DNA of 64,000 nt from a virus: the IMG/VR virus record IMGVR_UViG_3300046170_000524, one strand, 5' to 3'. Below, one piece after another: positions 62,124 through 64,000 of the stretch. Made by a program: the position numbers and the translations under genes. Numbering within the stretch: the first letter of the stretch is position 1; each line of letters begins with the position of its first letter. A model generated the notes under the pieces. The model did not search any database. It worked only from the letters and a program-made list of their open reading frames with translations, and was not told the DNA's origin.

Positions 62124-63188
62124 TAAAGAAGATTCGACCGTTACTCCTGGGCCAAAAGTTGCTGAAAAAATATTTTTTTCATTGTTCGAACAATTTTCTA
62201 ATACTTCTTTTAATACAAATAAAATAGTAGGGCTACTCATATTTCCGTATTGTTTGAGGATATTTCTAGAATGTTTTAAATCTGCATCTGGTTTGAATTT
62301 TTGAAACGAATCAAGTATCGCTCTTCCTCCAGGATGAATTGCCCAGCAGTCTATAGAGCTTTCTATTTCTGGCATATACTTAAGAGCTTGATTTATATTT
62401 TCGGATATAAAATTTGGAAGATCTGGGTTTAAGGTTAAATCGAAGCCATTATCTCCAACCTTCCACGCTAAATTTTTTCCATCATCATTTATTACATGAG
62501 AATTAAATGATTTCATTTCTAAAAATGGTTGTTCTTTTGTTAATTTTTTATTAGAAGAAACTATGCAGGCCGCACAACCATCAGAAAAAATAGAGTTTCC
62601 TATAATATAGTTTACATCATCTGTTAGTTTCATGTGCAGAGTACACATCTCAATGCAGACAACTAAAACCTTAGCATCTTTATTGCTCTTGCAAAATTCT
62701 GATGCGGTTTTTAAGGCTGGAAATGCAGCTTGACATCCCATGAAACCAATATTTACCCTTTCTATATTTTTATTTAAATTAAATTCATTTATGATCTCTA
62801 TGTCTAAGCCTGGATTATAGAAACCCGTACATGAAACAGTTATAATGTGGGTAATTTCTTGTAGGTTTATTTTTTTTGAAATTTTTGATATTGCATTAAA
62901 AGCAAGCGGGCCACTGTTTTTTTTATATATATTATTTCTTTCTGAAGTAGAAGGATTATGCAAAGTATTGTTTTCATTTCTATGGAAAAGTTCTGTTTCA
63001 GTAGTTGAAAACTTTAAGTCTTTTACTACAGAGTATCTATTTTTAATGCCAGATTTTTTGATTGCTTGTTTAATTAAAAGCTTATACCTTCTATCATCTT
63101 GAAAGTGAGTGATAAAATTGTAAATTTCTTCTTGGCTGCTTTTGCATTGAGGATTTGAGGTCTCTATGCAGTTTATATATGTTCCCAT
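62106..63188 (-). CDS. Type III polyketide synthase (chalcone synthase family)
   Basis: VSCTG, FMGC (catalytic Cys), FSDG, HPGG (His), GNMSS (Asn), FGPG. Confidence 0.9.
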   Translation of the reverse strand: MGTYINCIETSNPQCKSSQEEIYNFITHFQDDRRYKLLIKQAIKKSGIKNRYSVVKDLKFSTTETELFHRNENNTLHNPSTSERNNIYKKNSGPLAFNAISKISKKINLQEITHIITVSCTGFYNPGLDIEIINEFNLNKNIERVNIGFMGCQAAFPALKTASEFCKSNKDAKVLVVCIEMCTLHMKLTDDVNYIIGNSIFSDGCAACIVSSNKKLTKEQPFLEMKSFNSHVINDDGKNLAWKVGDNGFDLTLNPDLPNFISENINQALKYMPEIESSIDCWAIHPGGRAILDSFQKFKPDADLKHSRNILKQYGNMSSPTILFVLKEVLENCSNNEKNIFSATFGPGVTVESSLLEIVF

Positions 63189-63225
63189 AAAATATATTAT
63201 GGGAATTTAAAATGAATTCAACAAA

Positions 63226-64000
63226 TTAGCCCAAAATATCTAATAAGGGCTCACCTTTATGGGCTATAGTAAAAGGCCTGCCTGATGGAGAATATTGGTA
63301 GTCATTTAGTGGAAGCCCTAAAGTATGCGCAATCGTTGCATTTAAGTCTTCTGGCTTGATTGGCTTACCTTTTGTGGGAGTACGGCCTGTTTTGTCAGTT
63401 TCCCCATAAGTCATTCCACCTTTAACTCCTCCCCCCGCCAAAAAAGCGGTAAAACAATAAGGCCAGTGATCTCTTCCGTCTCTTCCATTGATATTTGGAG
63501 TTCTTCCAAATTCAGAAGTTAAAACCACTAAGGTGTCAGAAAGCATACCTCTTCGGTTTAAATCAATTAACAGGCCGCTTAAAGCTTGATCGATGTCAGT
63601 ACAATTTGCTGCAACTCTATCAAAGTTATTATCATGCGTATCCCATCCACCTCTTGTTACTTCAACGTATCTTACGCCATGCTCTACGAGCCTTCTTGCT
63701 AATAAGCATCCTTTTGCAAAATTAGTTTGACCATAAAGATTGCTTGTGGACTCAGGCTCTTTTGTAATGTCAAAAGCATTTAAGTCATTACTATTCATTA
63801 ATTTAATTGCGTCTTTGTATAGAGTCAGAGTAAGCTCTTACTTGTTTTCTGCGGGAACTGGGTGGAAAAATTCTCATTTAGATGCCTCTGCGATAGATAT
63901 TCTGCTTTGAAAATGCTCGTGATCTAGAGTATGATGCCATTTTGCTATTGGCTAGTCCTGCGGCTTGGATTATTGATTGGTAAGGCGCCGTATTTAGATT
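63226..64000 (-). CDS. DUF1501-family protein, partial; 5' part frameshifted
   Basis: CLLARRLVEHGVRYVEV..GGWDTH, TSEFGRTP, GRDHWP, LAGGGVKGG. Confidence 0.85.

Noticed and set aside
63798-64000. DUF1501 truncated at 63798
   Set aside because: DUF1501-like sequence continues upstream through several indels near the window edge, so this is probably low-quality sequence.
1-64000. Many overlapping opposite-strand or alternate-frame ORFs in the track (e.g. 2443-2709, 10563-10868, 51501-51854, 55552-55851)
   Set aside because: Shadow ORFs over well-supported genes, without start context or motifs.
1-64000. Stop-codon reassignment, DGR/retron reverse transcriptase, or prophage attachment site
   Set aside because: Long genes read through in the standard code; no RT (YxDD) or integrase motifs were seen.

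Overview
This 64 kb, AT-rich window is part of a large lytic tailed dsDNA phage genome, with no rRNA, canonical tRNA or integrase. (1) From 0.7 to 28.7 kb, a plus-strand early region holds many small ORFs plus rIIA/rIIB, two HhH-GPD glycosylases, a GNAT, a 2OG-Fe(II) oxygenase, DNA ligase, DUF932, an MvaI/BcnI-like nuclease and GP88. (2) From 28.8 to 33.2 kb, a minus-strand early arm converges on it. (3) From 33.4 to 51.3 kb lie PhoH, structural and lysis genes, a phage sigma factor, ERCC4 nuclease, TerL, protease/scaffold and major capsid protein. (4) From 51.3 to 64 kb lie a Clp ATPase, split DnaE with a SET gene, nrdA/nrdB, a type III PKS and DUF1501; the last suggests a Planctomycetota/Verrucomicrobiota host (inference). 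The strongest signal is regulatory. Most early genes are leaderless, with the ATG at +1 of sigma70 promoters. Ten ~75 bp GC-core elements delimit early cassettes. Nine cassette-region genes begin with the identical 10-mer ATGATTAAGA. A strongly promoted, terminator-bounded manA-like ncRNA carries the exact complement of that 10-mer in its single-stranded 3' tail, a candidate sRNA-controlled regulon. Also notable are a tRNA-like ~100 nt RNA, a GTGTA motif before late genes, and a G-quadruplex motif in an AT-rich intergenic tract. Frameshifts in rIIA, nrdA and DUF1501 look like sequencing indels, mostly in homopolymer runs. Family assignments come from motif recognition by eye; no database search was run.
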